From assembly GCA_963775425.1 (NCBI GenBank), contig CAVZJB010000014.1:191205-255204 (forward strand): DNA of 64,000 bases, read 5' to 3'. This stretch comes from an uncultured delta proteobacterium. Its GTDB lineage: Bacteria > Myxococcota > UBA727 > VGSZ01. Shown here piece after piece: positions 42,045 to 51,960 of the stretch. Every line of letters starts with the position of its first letter. Within the stretch, counting starts at the first letter, position 1. Below the pieces are notes generated by a model. The model was not told where the DNA came from, did not search any database, and was given only the letters and a program-made list of their open reading frames with translations. The position numbers were made by a program, and so were the translations under genes.

Positions 42045-45017
42045 GCCTCCCCCATGGCTTCGATGGAGATGAGCGCGAGCGGCTTCTCCGTCGACGCCGG
42101 CACCAGGCTGCACCCCACGCGCCAGGAGCGCGCCGCGTCGTTCGACGTGCGGATGGGGAGCGCGACGTCGTGCATGCCCTGCCCGGTGGCGAAGAGGCGC
42201 TCGAGCCCTTGAAGCAAGCCGGGCTCCGCGAGCTGGCGCCCGCCCACGCTGGTGAGCGGGCTCCCCACGGTCTCGCTCGCGGAGACCTCGAAGGTGCGCA
42301 GGAGCGCCTCGTTGCACCACACGATCCGGGACGTCTGGTCGACGATCAAGAGCGGATGCCCGATGGCGGCGAGGAATTTCCCGGCGTACTCGCCCACGTC
42401 TCGCGTGATCCCCGCGGCGCGCCGGCGTACGTCGATGTCGATGAGCACGACCAGCGCGCCCCGGATGGCGTGGTCGAGCGTCTTGTAGGGGCTGATCTTG
42501 AACGAATACCAGCGGTGGTTTTTGGCGAGCACCTCTTCCTCGAACGTGGAGAGGCTCTGGATGACCGACGCCACCCTCCCTTCCAACGCCCCGATGCCGA
42601 CGAAGCTGTCGAGGAAGCCGATCGAGCGGCCGAGGTCGCCGGGGACGAGGTTCAGGAGTGAGCCGGCGGCGTCGGTATAGCGGCGGATCCTGAGGTCCAT
42701 TCCGACGATGACGATGGCGTTGTCGACGCCGGCGAGGACGTTGTGGAGATCGTCGTTGGTCTGGCTCAGCTCGGCCATGCGGTTTTGCAGCTCCTCGTTG
42801 ACGGTTGTCAGCTCCTCGTTGGTCGACTGCATCTCCTCACGGGAGGTCTCGAGCTCCTCGTTGGTGCTCTGCAGCTCTTCGTTCGACGATTGGAGCTCCT
42901 CGTTGGCGCTCTTCAGCTCTTCGAGCGTGCTCTCCTTCTCCTCGATCGTGGCCTGCAGAAAACCCTTGGTCGCGGCAAGCTCGCGCTCGATCTCGGCGAG
43001 GCGCCGCGCCTGCGGCTCGGCTGCAACTGCGCCTCCCTCCGTCGTCTCGACGACGGGGATCTGCTCGGGCTGCGGGAGCTCCTGGAACAAGACGAGCAGG
43101 CAGCCGGTGTGCGCCTGCGGGTCTTCGAGCGGGATGACGTCGATGCGCACGACGTGCGGCTGGCCCTCGAGTGTGTAGCGGGCTTCGCTGGAGGCGCGGC
43201 GCTTCTCGGCGACGGCCTGCTCGAGCGTTCGCTTGATGTCGAGGTGCAGCTCGAAGCGGGCGACGCGGAGGAGGTTCAACGTCGCCGCGCCGGGGGCCGG
43301 GTCGAGGTAGGGCCCGGTGTGTCCCCGGAACTGGATGATGTCGAGCTCCTCCGAGAGCACGACCCCCGGAGGCCCATAGAGATCGAGCACCTTGCGATCG
43401 ACGACGGCCTGGAGGCTCGGCGGCGGCCGGGCGTTGTGCTGCGGCCTCAGCGCGACCGACTCGATGGGCGCCCCCGCCGGCATGTCGAACGCGGCGGGCA
43501 GCGCCTGCTTCCGAACGTAGATCTTGCTCTTTCGGTCGCTCGCCGAGAACAGCTCCGGCGCATCACCGACGGTCTCGGACGTGCCGAGGAAGAGGAAGCC
43601 GCCCGGGTTGAGCGCGTAGTGGAGCACCCGCAGGACCCGCTGTTGCGCCGCAGGCTGAAGATAGATGAGCAGGTTCCTGCACGCGACGAGGTCGATGCGC
43701 GAGAAGGGCGCATCCTTGAGCAGGTTCTGCTTCGAGAACACGAGCAGGTCGCGCACGCGCCGCGAGACCTGGTACGAGTCGTCCTTCTGGTTGAAGAAGC
43801 GATTCAGGCGGTCGGGCGAGACGTCGAAGGCGATGTTGGCCGGGTACACGCCGCGGCGGGCGTGCGCGATGCAATCCTCGTCGATGTCCGTCCCGAAGAT
43901 CTGGATTCTGTCGTCGCCGATCTTGTCCTCGCATGCCTCGAGCAAGCAGATGGCGATGGAGTAGGCCTCCTCCCCCGTGGCGCACGCGGGCACCCAGACG
44001 CGGATCGGCTGCTTCCCCTCCTTGCGCGAAAGGATCTGCGGGATGACGGAGCGCTTGAGGACCTCGAACGCTTCGGGATCCCGAAAGAAGCTCGTCACCG
44101 CGATGAGCGTGTCCTTGTAGAGGGCCGCGAGCTCTGCACGGTTCTGCTGCGCGTAGCGAACGTAGTCCTCGACGCGCGCGATCTTGTGCAGCGTCATGCG
44201 TCGCTCGATGCGGCGATCGATGGTGGAGCGCTTGTACTGCGACAGGTCGTTGCCGACCTCGGTGCGGACGAGGACGAAGAGCTTCGCGAGCTGGTCTTCC
44301 TCGCGCGCGGGCCGCTGTGCGACCCCCTCGGGACGTCGCATGGGGCGCTCCCGTGCGATGCGCGTGAGCTCCTCGCCGATCTCCTTGGGAGCGAGGCAGA
44401 AGTCCGGCGCGCTGGCGGCGAGCGCGCTCTTGGGCATCCCGTCGTACTTGGCGGTCGACGGCTCCTGCACGAACGTGAACCCGCCGGCCGCCTTGATGCT
44501 CTTCAAGCCGACGGCGCCGTCGCTGCCGGTCCCGGACAGCACGACGCCGATCGCCGAGTAGCCCTGGTCCTCGGCGAGCGAACGAAACATGTAGTCGATC
44601 GGCAGGTGGTGCGCGAAGCGCCGGCGGCGGCGGCATCAGGCGAATGGCGCCGTTCATGACGGCGAGATCGCACTTGGGAGGGATGACGTAGACGCGCCCG
44701 GGCTCGATGACCATGCCGTCCGTGGCGGTCAGCACCTCCATCGGCGCCACGCGCGCGAGGAGCTGTGTGAGGACGCTTTCGTGATCGGGCGCGAGGTGCT
44801 GGACCACGATGAACGCCATGTGCTCCGCCGGCACGCTCTTCAAGAGCTCACTCAGCGCCTCGAGGCCGCCGGCGGACGCGCCGACGCCCACCATGAAGAA
44901 GCGCCCCTCCTTCTCCGGCTCCGCGCCCTCCTTGCCCGGCTCGTCGCCCGGCTTCGCGGCGTCGGCGGGTTCCGGCTCGGCGGTCGGCTCGGTGTGCTCA
45001 TCGACAGGCTCAGCCAC
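42041..45017 (-). pseudogene. CheB-CheR-PAS fusion protein, split by a frameshift near 44610
   Basis: One frame has GVGASAGGLEA, VVQHL, VYVIPP. The other continues [69 protein letters not shown]. Confidence 0.85.
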
Positions 45018-45069
45018 TGCTTCCCCTTCCAGCGAGTTCGGATTGTGACCTATTTCTCTGCGATGCGTG

Positions 45070-45208
45070 GCGAGCAGGACCGGGCTGTCCGTTCCGCTCA
45101 GGTTCCGGCACGGCCGTGCGCGATCCCGCGCCTCACGCCTGACGCGGGTCGAGGCGCGCGAACGCGCGGGTGGGCGGCGCCGTCACGCTCGAGTGAAGGC
45201 GAGCGACG
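45070..45208. repeat. Junction: degenerate copy of DUF3501 segment joined to copy of the 37282 gene end
   Basis: 45138-45172 matches 45370-45404 at 34/35. 45170-45208 matches 38116-38154 at 32/39. Confidence 0.8.
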
Positions 45209-45217
45209 GAGCAGGCG

Positions 45218-45769
45218 TCAGCCAAGGTCCTCGCGGAGCGCGGCGCGCACGTCGTCGGAGAGCGCCGCGCGGGTCTGCAGCGCGGGGTGATCCACGCCGA
45301 GCGCGACCGGCGCCCGTCCCTTCACGTCGAGCTTCAGGTACTGCACCGACGACAGGCGGTCGTCGCCCACCTGACGCGGGTCGAAGCGCGCGAACGCGCG
45401 GGTGCCGTCGTCGAGCTCCGCGTAGACACGGTCCATGAGGCCGACCCACGCGCGGAGCTTTTCGTCGCGCTCCTTTTCGTCTTCGATCTCGATGAGCAGC
45501 GTGACGCCGAGCTCGCCGTCTCCGCCGAGGAGGTCGTTGTACGTGTCCAGCTCGTGCTGGATGTCGGCCTCTTTGACGATGCGCTCCGCGCGCATCATCT
45601 CCTGCACCTGGTAACGGACGGTGTCGGCGTTTTCGAAGAGGAAGACGAAGCACGGCGGCACGTGGGCGCGACGCTTGGCCTTCTCGGCGATCACCTTCGC
45701 GCGGAACGCGTCGCGCTGCTCGTCGTAGCTGACGTAGTCGATGATCTCGTCGCGGCGCACTCTCTTCAT
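45218..45769 (-). CDS. DUF3501 family protein
   Basis: Y...R..FR...IAEK..RR, FEN.DTV.YQVQEM.R.ER, EL..YN.L, SSVQYL, GVDHP. Confidence 0.9.
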   Translation of the reverse strand: MKRVRRDEIIDYVSYDEQRDAFRAKVIAEKAKRRAHVPPCFVFLFENADTVRYQVQEMMRAERIVKEADIQHELDTYNDLLGGDGELGVTLLIEIEDEKERDEKLRAWVGLMDRVYAELDDGTRAFARFDPRQVGDDRLSSVQYLKLDVKGRAPVALGVDHPALQTRAALSDDVRAALREDLG

Positions 45770-45812
45770 CGTTGTTCTCCCTGTAGGCACGACGCGGGGG
45801 GCGAGCCCCCGC

Positions 45813-47234
45813 CTACGACTGCGCCGGCGGATCCCCGGGCGGCGCGTTCGCGGGCGCCGTCGCCGTCGCCGGCGCCGTCGCCGGCGGTTCCTTCGGCGGC
45901 AGCTTCTGCGGGAAGCCGTCGGCGCGGTAGGCGCGCGCGAGGATGGACATGGGGTGCATGGGCTTTTTGCCCGCGTGCTGCGAGAACTGCGTCGCCGCGA
46001 GCGGGCAGTCGGTGGACCACACCTGCGCGTCCGCGTCTTTCATGCCCTCGAAGCTCTTCTGGCCGATGCGGATGGAGGGCTCGAAGCCGTCGACGCGCAT
46101 GGCGTACGTGCCGTCGTGGCCGCAGCACTCCATGACCGTCTGCGGGACCACGCCGGGGATCTTGCGCAAGAGGTCTCTGCCCTTGAAGCCCTTGCCCTGC
46201 GCGCGCAGGTGACAGGGCGCGTGGTACGCGACCTTGTCGCCGGGCGTGGACTTGAAGTCCGTGTTGAAGCGCTCCTCCTGGCGGATGGACCAGAGGAATT
46301 CGGACGGATCCATGGTGGCGTCCGCCACCCGCTTCGCGCGCTCCTTGTCCTCCGGCGCCACCAGCTCCGGATACTCGCGGCGGAGCATCATCGAGCAGGT
46401 GGGGTTGATGGCGAGGACCTTCTGCCCGTTGTCGACGTACGGCATCAGCACGTCGAGGTTCTGCTTGGCCTGCTTGCGCAGCCCCTCGAGGTCGCCGCGC
46501 TCCCAACGCGGCATGCCGCAGCAGGCGAGGCCCTCGGCGCAGTCGACCTTCACCTTGCTCTGGTCGAGCACGAACAGGGTGTCCTTGCCGATGTCGGGCT
46601 CGTTGTTCTCGACGTAGCAGGTCTGGAACAACACGGCCTCGCCGCGCGGCTCGCGCACGCGGCCCTCGCGCTTGGCCCACTTCGAAAACGTGGCGGAAGC
46701 GAAGACCGGCAGCTCCTTCTTGGGGTGGATGCCGAGCGCTTTTTCGAGGAACACGCGGTGCATCGACACGCGGCTCATGGCGTTGACGAGCCCGAGGCTC
46801 GCGCGCGCCATCTTGGCGCTGGCGTCGGGGTCTCCGAGGAAGCGGTCCTGCGCGGTGAAGCCCTCGCGCTTCTTCTTGTTCGCCGTGTACCGGTGCACGA
46901 GCTTGGGGAAGTCCACCTGGAACTCATGTCCGTCGCGCGGCGTGTACGGGCACTGGACCTCGCACAGCTTGCACTGGAAGCACTGGTCCATGACCTTGGC
47001 GGTCTCGTCCTTGGTGAGCTTTTGCACGTCGCCGCCGTGGGCGTCGTCGATGAACGAGAACAGCGACGGGAACGCGTCGCAGTACTTGAAGCACATCCGG
47101 CAGCCGTGACAGATCTCGAAGATGCGCGTGACCTCGCCGTCGAGCGCGTCTTGCTGCCAGTACTTCTCGTCGCTCGGGTCGTACGTGAGCCCGGGAGTGG
47201 GCTGATACGAGATGTTCTTGGTGTCGTCGCTCAC
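45813..47234 (-). CDS. GlpC/HdrD-like Fe-S oxidoreductase (rubrerythrin-associated)
   Basis: [22 protein letters not shown]...CPY.P, CCGMP, PTC, HAPCH, CCGHDG, TDCP. Confidence 0.9.
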   Translation of the reverse strand: MSDDTKNISYQPTPGLTYDPSDEKYWQQDALDGEVTRIFEICHGCRMCFKYCDAFPSLFSFIDDAHGGDVQKLTKDETAKVMDQCFQCKLCEVQCPYTPRDGHEFQVDFPKLVHRYTANKKKREGFTAQDRFLGDPDASAKMARASLGLVNAMSRVSMHRVFLEKALGIHPKKELPVFASATFSKWAKREGRVREPRGEAVLFQTCYVENNEPDIGKDTLFVLDQSKVKVDCAEGLACCGMPRWERGDLEGLRKQAKQNLDVLMPYVDNGQKVLAINPTCSMMLRREYPELVAPEDKERAKRVADATMDPSEFLWSIRQEERFNTDFKSTPGDKVAYHAPCHLRAQGKGFKGRDLLRKIPGVVPQTVMECCGHDGTYAMRVDGFEPSIRIGQKSFEGMKDADAQVWSTDCPLAATQFSQHAGKKPMHPMSILARAYRADGFPQKLPPKEPPATAPATATAPANAPPGDPPAQS

Positions 47235-47298
47235 CGTCTCACCCTGTCCGGTCAATCTGCGCGCGCGCCGCGGCCCGCGCGCAGATCGACCTTCGCGC

Positions 47299-47718
47299 TC
47301 AAGAGAGCGAGTCGAGCAGCTTCTGGAAGCGGCCCGCGTGCGACTTCTCCGCCTTCGCGAGCGTCTCGAACCAATCGGCGATCTCCGCGAAGCCCTCTTC
47401 GCGCGCCGTCTTGGCCATGCCCGGGTACATATCGGTGTACTCGTGCGTCTCGCCGGCCACAGCAGCCTTCAGGTTGAGCGAGGTGTCGCCGATGGGGAGG
47501 CCCGTCGCCGGATCGCCGACCTTCTTCATGTAGTCGAGGTGGCCGTGCGCGTGCCCCGTCTCGCCCTCCGCCGTCTCACGGAAGTTCGAGGCGATCTCCG
47601 GGAGACCCTCCACGTCCGCCACCTTGGCGAAGTACAGGTAACGCCGGTTCGCCTGGCTCTCACCCGCGAACGCCGCCTTCAGGTTGTCGAGCGTCTTGCT
47701 CGTCTTCAGTTCCGCCAT
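47299..47718 (-). CDS. rbr: Rubrerythrin, short form lacking the rubredoxin domain
   Basis: [43 protein letters not shown]. No C-terminal CxxC pair. Confidence 0.95.
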   Translation of the reverse strand: MAELKTSKTLDNLKAAFAGESQANRRYLYFAKVADVEGLPEIASNFRETAEGETGHAHGHLDYMKKVGDPATGLPIGDTSLNLKAAVAGETHEYTDMYPGMAKTAREEGFAEIADWFETLAKAEKSHAGRFQKLLDSLS

Positions 47719-48194
47719 TGCTGGTTCTCCTTTCTCGCCGTGCCCCCGGAGGGGCGTCCACGAGTCTTTGATGTCTTCTTGTCGCCGCAGGCGGCGCACA
47801 CGCCCATGATCTGCACGCGCGCCGCGGTGACCCGAAAGCCGGCCACCTTCCGTGGCAGCGGCGGCGCGAGCGCGTCGTCGACGAGGTCCTCGATGCGCTT
47901 GCAGATCACGCACACGAGGTGGTGGTGCGGCGCGAGGTTGGCGTCGTAGCGCTTGGAGTCCGCCCGCAGCGTCACCTCCTCGATGACGCCGTGGGCCTCG
48001 AGCGTCTCGAGGGTCTTGTACACGGTGGCCAGCGACAGCGACGACAGCTCGCGCTGCGCCTCGCGGTGCAGCGCCTCCGGTCCCGGATGCTCCCCGCTTC
48101 GCCGCAGCGCGCGCAGGATGGAGACCCGCTGCGGCGTGGCGCGCAGCCCGCGCGCCCGGCACGCCTCTACGAGGCTGTGATCGTCGCTGGGCAT
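47706..48194 (-). CDS. Fur/PerR family transcriptional regulator
   Basis: GLRATPQR, HP..E.L, SLATVYKTL, RYD....HHHLVCVIC, GVCAAC. Start at 48194 or 48212. Confidence 0.92.
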   Translation of the reverse strand: MPSDDHSLVEACRARGLRATPQRVSILRALRRSGEHPGPEALHREAQRELSSLSLATVYKTLETLEAHGVIEEVTLRADSKRYDANLAPHHHLVCVICKRIEDLVDDALAPPLPRKVAGFRVTAARVQIMGVCAACGDKKTSKTRGRPSGGTARKENQQWRN

Positions 48195-48230
48195 CGGGGG
48201 AGCGCGGCGCATGGGCGATGAGTTACCCAG

Positions 48231-48247
48231 TCGAGAAAAATTCTCAA
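48231..48247. promoter_or_regulatory. Fur/PerR-type inverted repeat
   Basis: TCGAGAA-AAA-TTCTCAA just upstream of the regulator gene, followed by a degenerate GTGAGAAATCATC. Strongly AT-rich against background. Confidence 0.7.
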
Positions 48248-48316
48248 GTGAGAAATCATCGCGTGCGAGCTGACGCGCCGTTGCCGTGCGGGGGGCACCG
48301 CCGCTACAACGGCCCG

Positions 48317-48928
48317 ATGCCATCTTTCTGGGACGAACGCTACTCGGCTCCCGGCTACGCCTACGGCGTCGAGCCGAACGACTTTCTGCGCGCCGAAGCG
48401 GGCCGCATCCCGCACGGCCGTGTCCTGTGCCTCGCCGAGGGCCAGGGGCGAAACGCCGTCTGGCTCGCGGGGCAGGGCTACGACGTCGTCGCCGTCGACG
48501 CCTCGCGCGCGGGCCTCGACAAGGCGGAGGCGTTGGCGCGGGAGCGCGGCGTGAGCGTGCGCTTCGAGCACGCGGACCTGGCGACGTGGGAGCCGGAGCC
48601 GGGGGCGTTCACCGGCGTCGTGGCGATCTTCGCGCACCTGCCCGAGGCCGTGCGCCGCGTGGCGCTCGCGCGCGCGTGTGCCGCGCTCGTTCCCGGCGGC
48701 GTGCTCCTGCTCGAGTCGTATCGCCCGGAGCAGGTCGGCTACGGCACCGGCGGCCCCAAGGACCCGGCGATGCTCCCGCCGCGCGCGGTCCTCGAGGGCG
48801 AGCTGGGCGCGGGCGGCCTCGAGATCGTGGCGTCGCGCGACGTCGAGCGCGAGGTGCAGGAGGGCGCCTTCCACACAGGCCTCGCGGCGACCCTGCAGAT
48901 CATCGCCCGCCGCGCCGGGTCCCGCTGA
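48317..48928 (+). CDS. Class I SAM-dependent methyltransferase (TehB-like)
   Basis: WDERY....[35 protein letters not shown]. Confidence 0.9.
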   Translation: MPSFWDERYSAPGYAYGVEPNDFLRAEAGRIPHGRVLCLAEGQGRNAVWLAGQGYDVVAVDASRAGLDKAEALARERGVSVRFEHADLATWEPEPGAFTGVVAIFAHLPEAVRRVALARACAALVPGGVLLLESYRPEQVGYGTGGPKDPAMLPPRAVLEGELGAGGLEIVASRDVEREVQEGAFHTGLAATLQIIARRAGSR

Positions 48929-48929
48929 A

Positions 48930-49575
<646 letters not shown>

Positions 49576-49612
49576 GTCGTCGGGGCGAGGCGGTTGCCGC
49601 CGGCGGTCGGCG

Positions 49613-50086
49613 TCAGGGCGCGAAGGTCGTGGTGCAGATGTGGTCGACGCAGGCGACGACGGGGGTGTCGTCGACGTTGCTCGCCGAGGTGCCGTCGTCG
49701 GCGACGGTGGCCCGGGCGACGCAATCGCAGACCTGCTGGAAGCAGGTGCTGGCCTCGCCCATGAACGCGCAGATGTCGAAGTTGTTGACGCCCGTGGCGG
49801 CCATGCTCCCGCAGCAGTCGGTGGCGATGAGCGCGACGGCGCAGTCGGCGACGTCGGTGCAGCTCGTCTGTGACTCGACGGTGGCGTCGTTTTCACACTG
49901 GAAGGTCCGGGTGTCGCCTTCGCCTTCGCCTTCACCCTCGCCCTCGCCCTCGCCTTCGCCCTCGCCTTCGCCGACGTCGCCCTCCCCCTCACCCTCGCCC
50001 TCGTCGGCGCCGCCACAGCCGCCGAAGCCGGTGGTGAACGAGAGCGTGGTCAGGAGGAAGGTCGCGAGCAGGACAGGGCGCAGCAT
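49613..50086 (-). CDS. Small Cys-rich GE-repeat (lipo)protein
   Basis: Signal ending FGGC, GE tract, C....DC......DCCG...C..C. Confidence 0.78.
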   Translation of the reverse strand: MLRPVLLATFLLTTLSFTTGFGGCGGADEGEGEGEGDVGEGEGEGEGEGEGEGEGEGDTRTFQCENDATVESQTSCTDVADCAVALIATDCCGSMAATGVNNFDICAFMGEASTCFQQVCDCVARATVADDGTSASNVDDTPVVACVDHICTTTFAP

Positions 50087-50263
50087 GTGCGCCCCTTCAG
50101 CACGATTCGCGCCAGCCGCGCGACCCGCGTCTGCGCGCGCTCCTCACGCCGCCACGCCACAGGAGAGCGCGCGGGTGCGATCTCCAGTCAGCAGCGCGCC
50201 CCACGCCGTGGCTCGCCCGGAGCCGTCGCTCGCCGGCGCGCCGCCGCTTTGCTACCGCGGCGC

Positions 50264-51150
50264 ATGCTCACCCTGGCCCTCGTCCTCGCGGCGACCGCGG
50301 CGCGCACCGAGACCGTCCGCGTCGACGGCGTCGACGTCGACGTGCGCACGCCCGCCGGCGCCGTCCGCGGCGAGGTCCTCGTGCTCCCGGGCTGGGACAG
50401 CACGCGCGCCGAGTGGTGCGCGCGCGGCCGCCTCTGCGACGAGGCCGACGCGCGCGGCCTGCGCCTGGTGATGCCCGAGACCGGAAAGAGCGTCTACGCC
50501 GGCGCGGTCTTCGCCGAGACCCGCGCGCCGTACCGGACCGCGCTCACGAGGCCCCAGCTCGTCGACGTCATCCGGCGCCTGCAGCGCGAGCGCGGCTTGC
50601 TCGCCGATCCCGCGCGCACCTTCGTCCTCGGGCGCTCCACCGGCGGTCGCGGCGCCGTGCTCCTCGCGCTCGATCACCCCGCGTGGTTCCGCGCCGCCGC
50701 CGCCCTCTCCGGCGACTTCGACCCCGCCGCCACACCCGCCGACGCCCTCATGGTCGGCGCCTACGGTCCCTTCGCCGCGCACCCCGAGCGCTGGCACGGC
50801 GTCGACAACCCGCAAGAGCGAGCGGCCGAGCTCGCGGTGCCGCTGTACCTCGCGCACGGCAAGAAGGATTGCGTGGTCCCCGCCGCGCAGACCATCGCGT
50901 TCGCCGCCGCCACGCACGCGGTCCTGCACGTCGACGACGACGGCGGCCACGACCACGCCTTCTGGAGCAGCGAGCTGCCGCGGGTGTTCGCGTTCTTCGA
51001 CGACCCGCCCGGCCCCGTCGCCCCAGCCGTCGAGGGCTCCTCAAAACCCGGCGCGGCCACCGCCGCGGCGGCGCCACGCAGCGCTGCACCACCGTCGACG
51101 ACAAAGGCGCCGGAGCCGCGCGCCACCTCGTCCGGCGCCGATCCCCTTGA
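50264..51150 (+). CDS. Secreted alpha/beta-hydrolase (esterase); reads in frame into the next gene
   Basis: Signal peptide, VLPG, nucleophile G-R-S-T-G-G, HG.KD.VV, GGHD..FW. End is uncertain (no in-frame stop). Confidence 0.75.
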
Positions 51151-51181
51151 CGTCGAGGACAGGGCGACCGATCAGGCGCCC

Positions 51182-51931
51182 GTGCAGGACTTCCTCCACG
51201 CGCTGTTGCAGTTCCCGTCGATCCTCTTCGCGGGCTTCCTCGCGCTCAGCCTGCTGTACTGGCTCCTCGTCATCATCGGCGCCGCCGACCTGAACCCCTT
51301 CGACGGCGCCGAGCACGCCATCAAGGGCGGCATCGAGGGCGCAGCGCACGCCGTCGCCCCCGACGGCGTCGCCGAGGCCGTGGAGGCGTCGGCGCTCACC
51401 GAGGCGCTCGCGTTCCTCGGCCTCACCAAGGTCCCCGTCACCGTCTCGTTCTCGGTGTTCTCGCTGTTTTCCTGGTTCATCGCCATGGTCACCCGCCAGG
51501 CGCTCGACGGGCACATCCCCGGGCTGGCGTCGGGGGCGGCGGCCACGGCGGCGGCGGTCGTCGGCGGCTTCGCGGTGACCTCGCTCGTGGTCAAGCCCAT
51601 GAGCGGCATCTTCACGGAGAGCACGCGCGTCGGCAAAGAGGGGCTCGTCGGGCGCACCGTCAAGGTCACCAGTGAGCTCGCCGATCACGAGCGCGGCACC
51701 GGCGACATCGACGACGGCGCCGGCGGCATCACCATCGCCATCCGCACCGCCCCCGGCGTCTCCCTCCAGCGCGGAGACGAGGCCATCGTCATCGAGCACG
51801 ACGACAACGCAGGCACGTACACGGTGGTCCCCCAGCGCTCCGTCGTGCCGTCGGACCGGGACGTGCTGGCCACCCCCGTCGCCGCGCCCGCCGAAGTGGT
51901 CGTGGCGGCGCGCAAGCCCGGCTCCACCTGA
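51182..51931 (+). CDS. YqiJ/DUF1449-like membrane protein with OB-fold (flotillin partner)
   Basis: FP...F..L....LYW...I.G, LG...VP.T, LVGR...V, L.RGD.A.V. Directly upstream of flotillin. Confidence 0.78.
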   Translation: MQDFLHALLQFPSILFAGFLALSLLYWLLVIIGAADLNPFDGAEHAIKGGIEGAAHAVAPDGVAEAVEASALTEALAFLGLTKVPVTVSFSVFSLFSWFIAMVTRQALDGHIPGLASGAAATAAAVVGGFAVTSLVVKPMSGIFTESTRVGKEGLVGRTVKVTSELADHERGTGDIDDGAGGITIAIRTAPGVSLQRGDEAIVIEHDDNAGTYTVVPQRSVVPSDRDVLATPVAAPAEVVVAARKPGST

Positions 51932-51960
51932 TCTACGCTCCCGCTTCCTTCGAGGTCCCC

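Noticed and set aside
42041-45017. Flagellar chemotaxis operon
   Set aside because: No MCP, CheA, CheW or CheY here. The CheB-CheR-PAS fusion type is kinase-associated.
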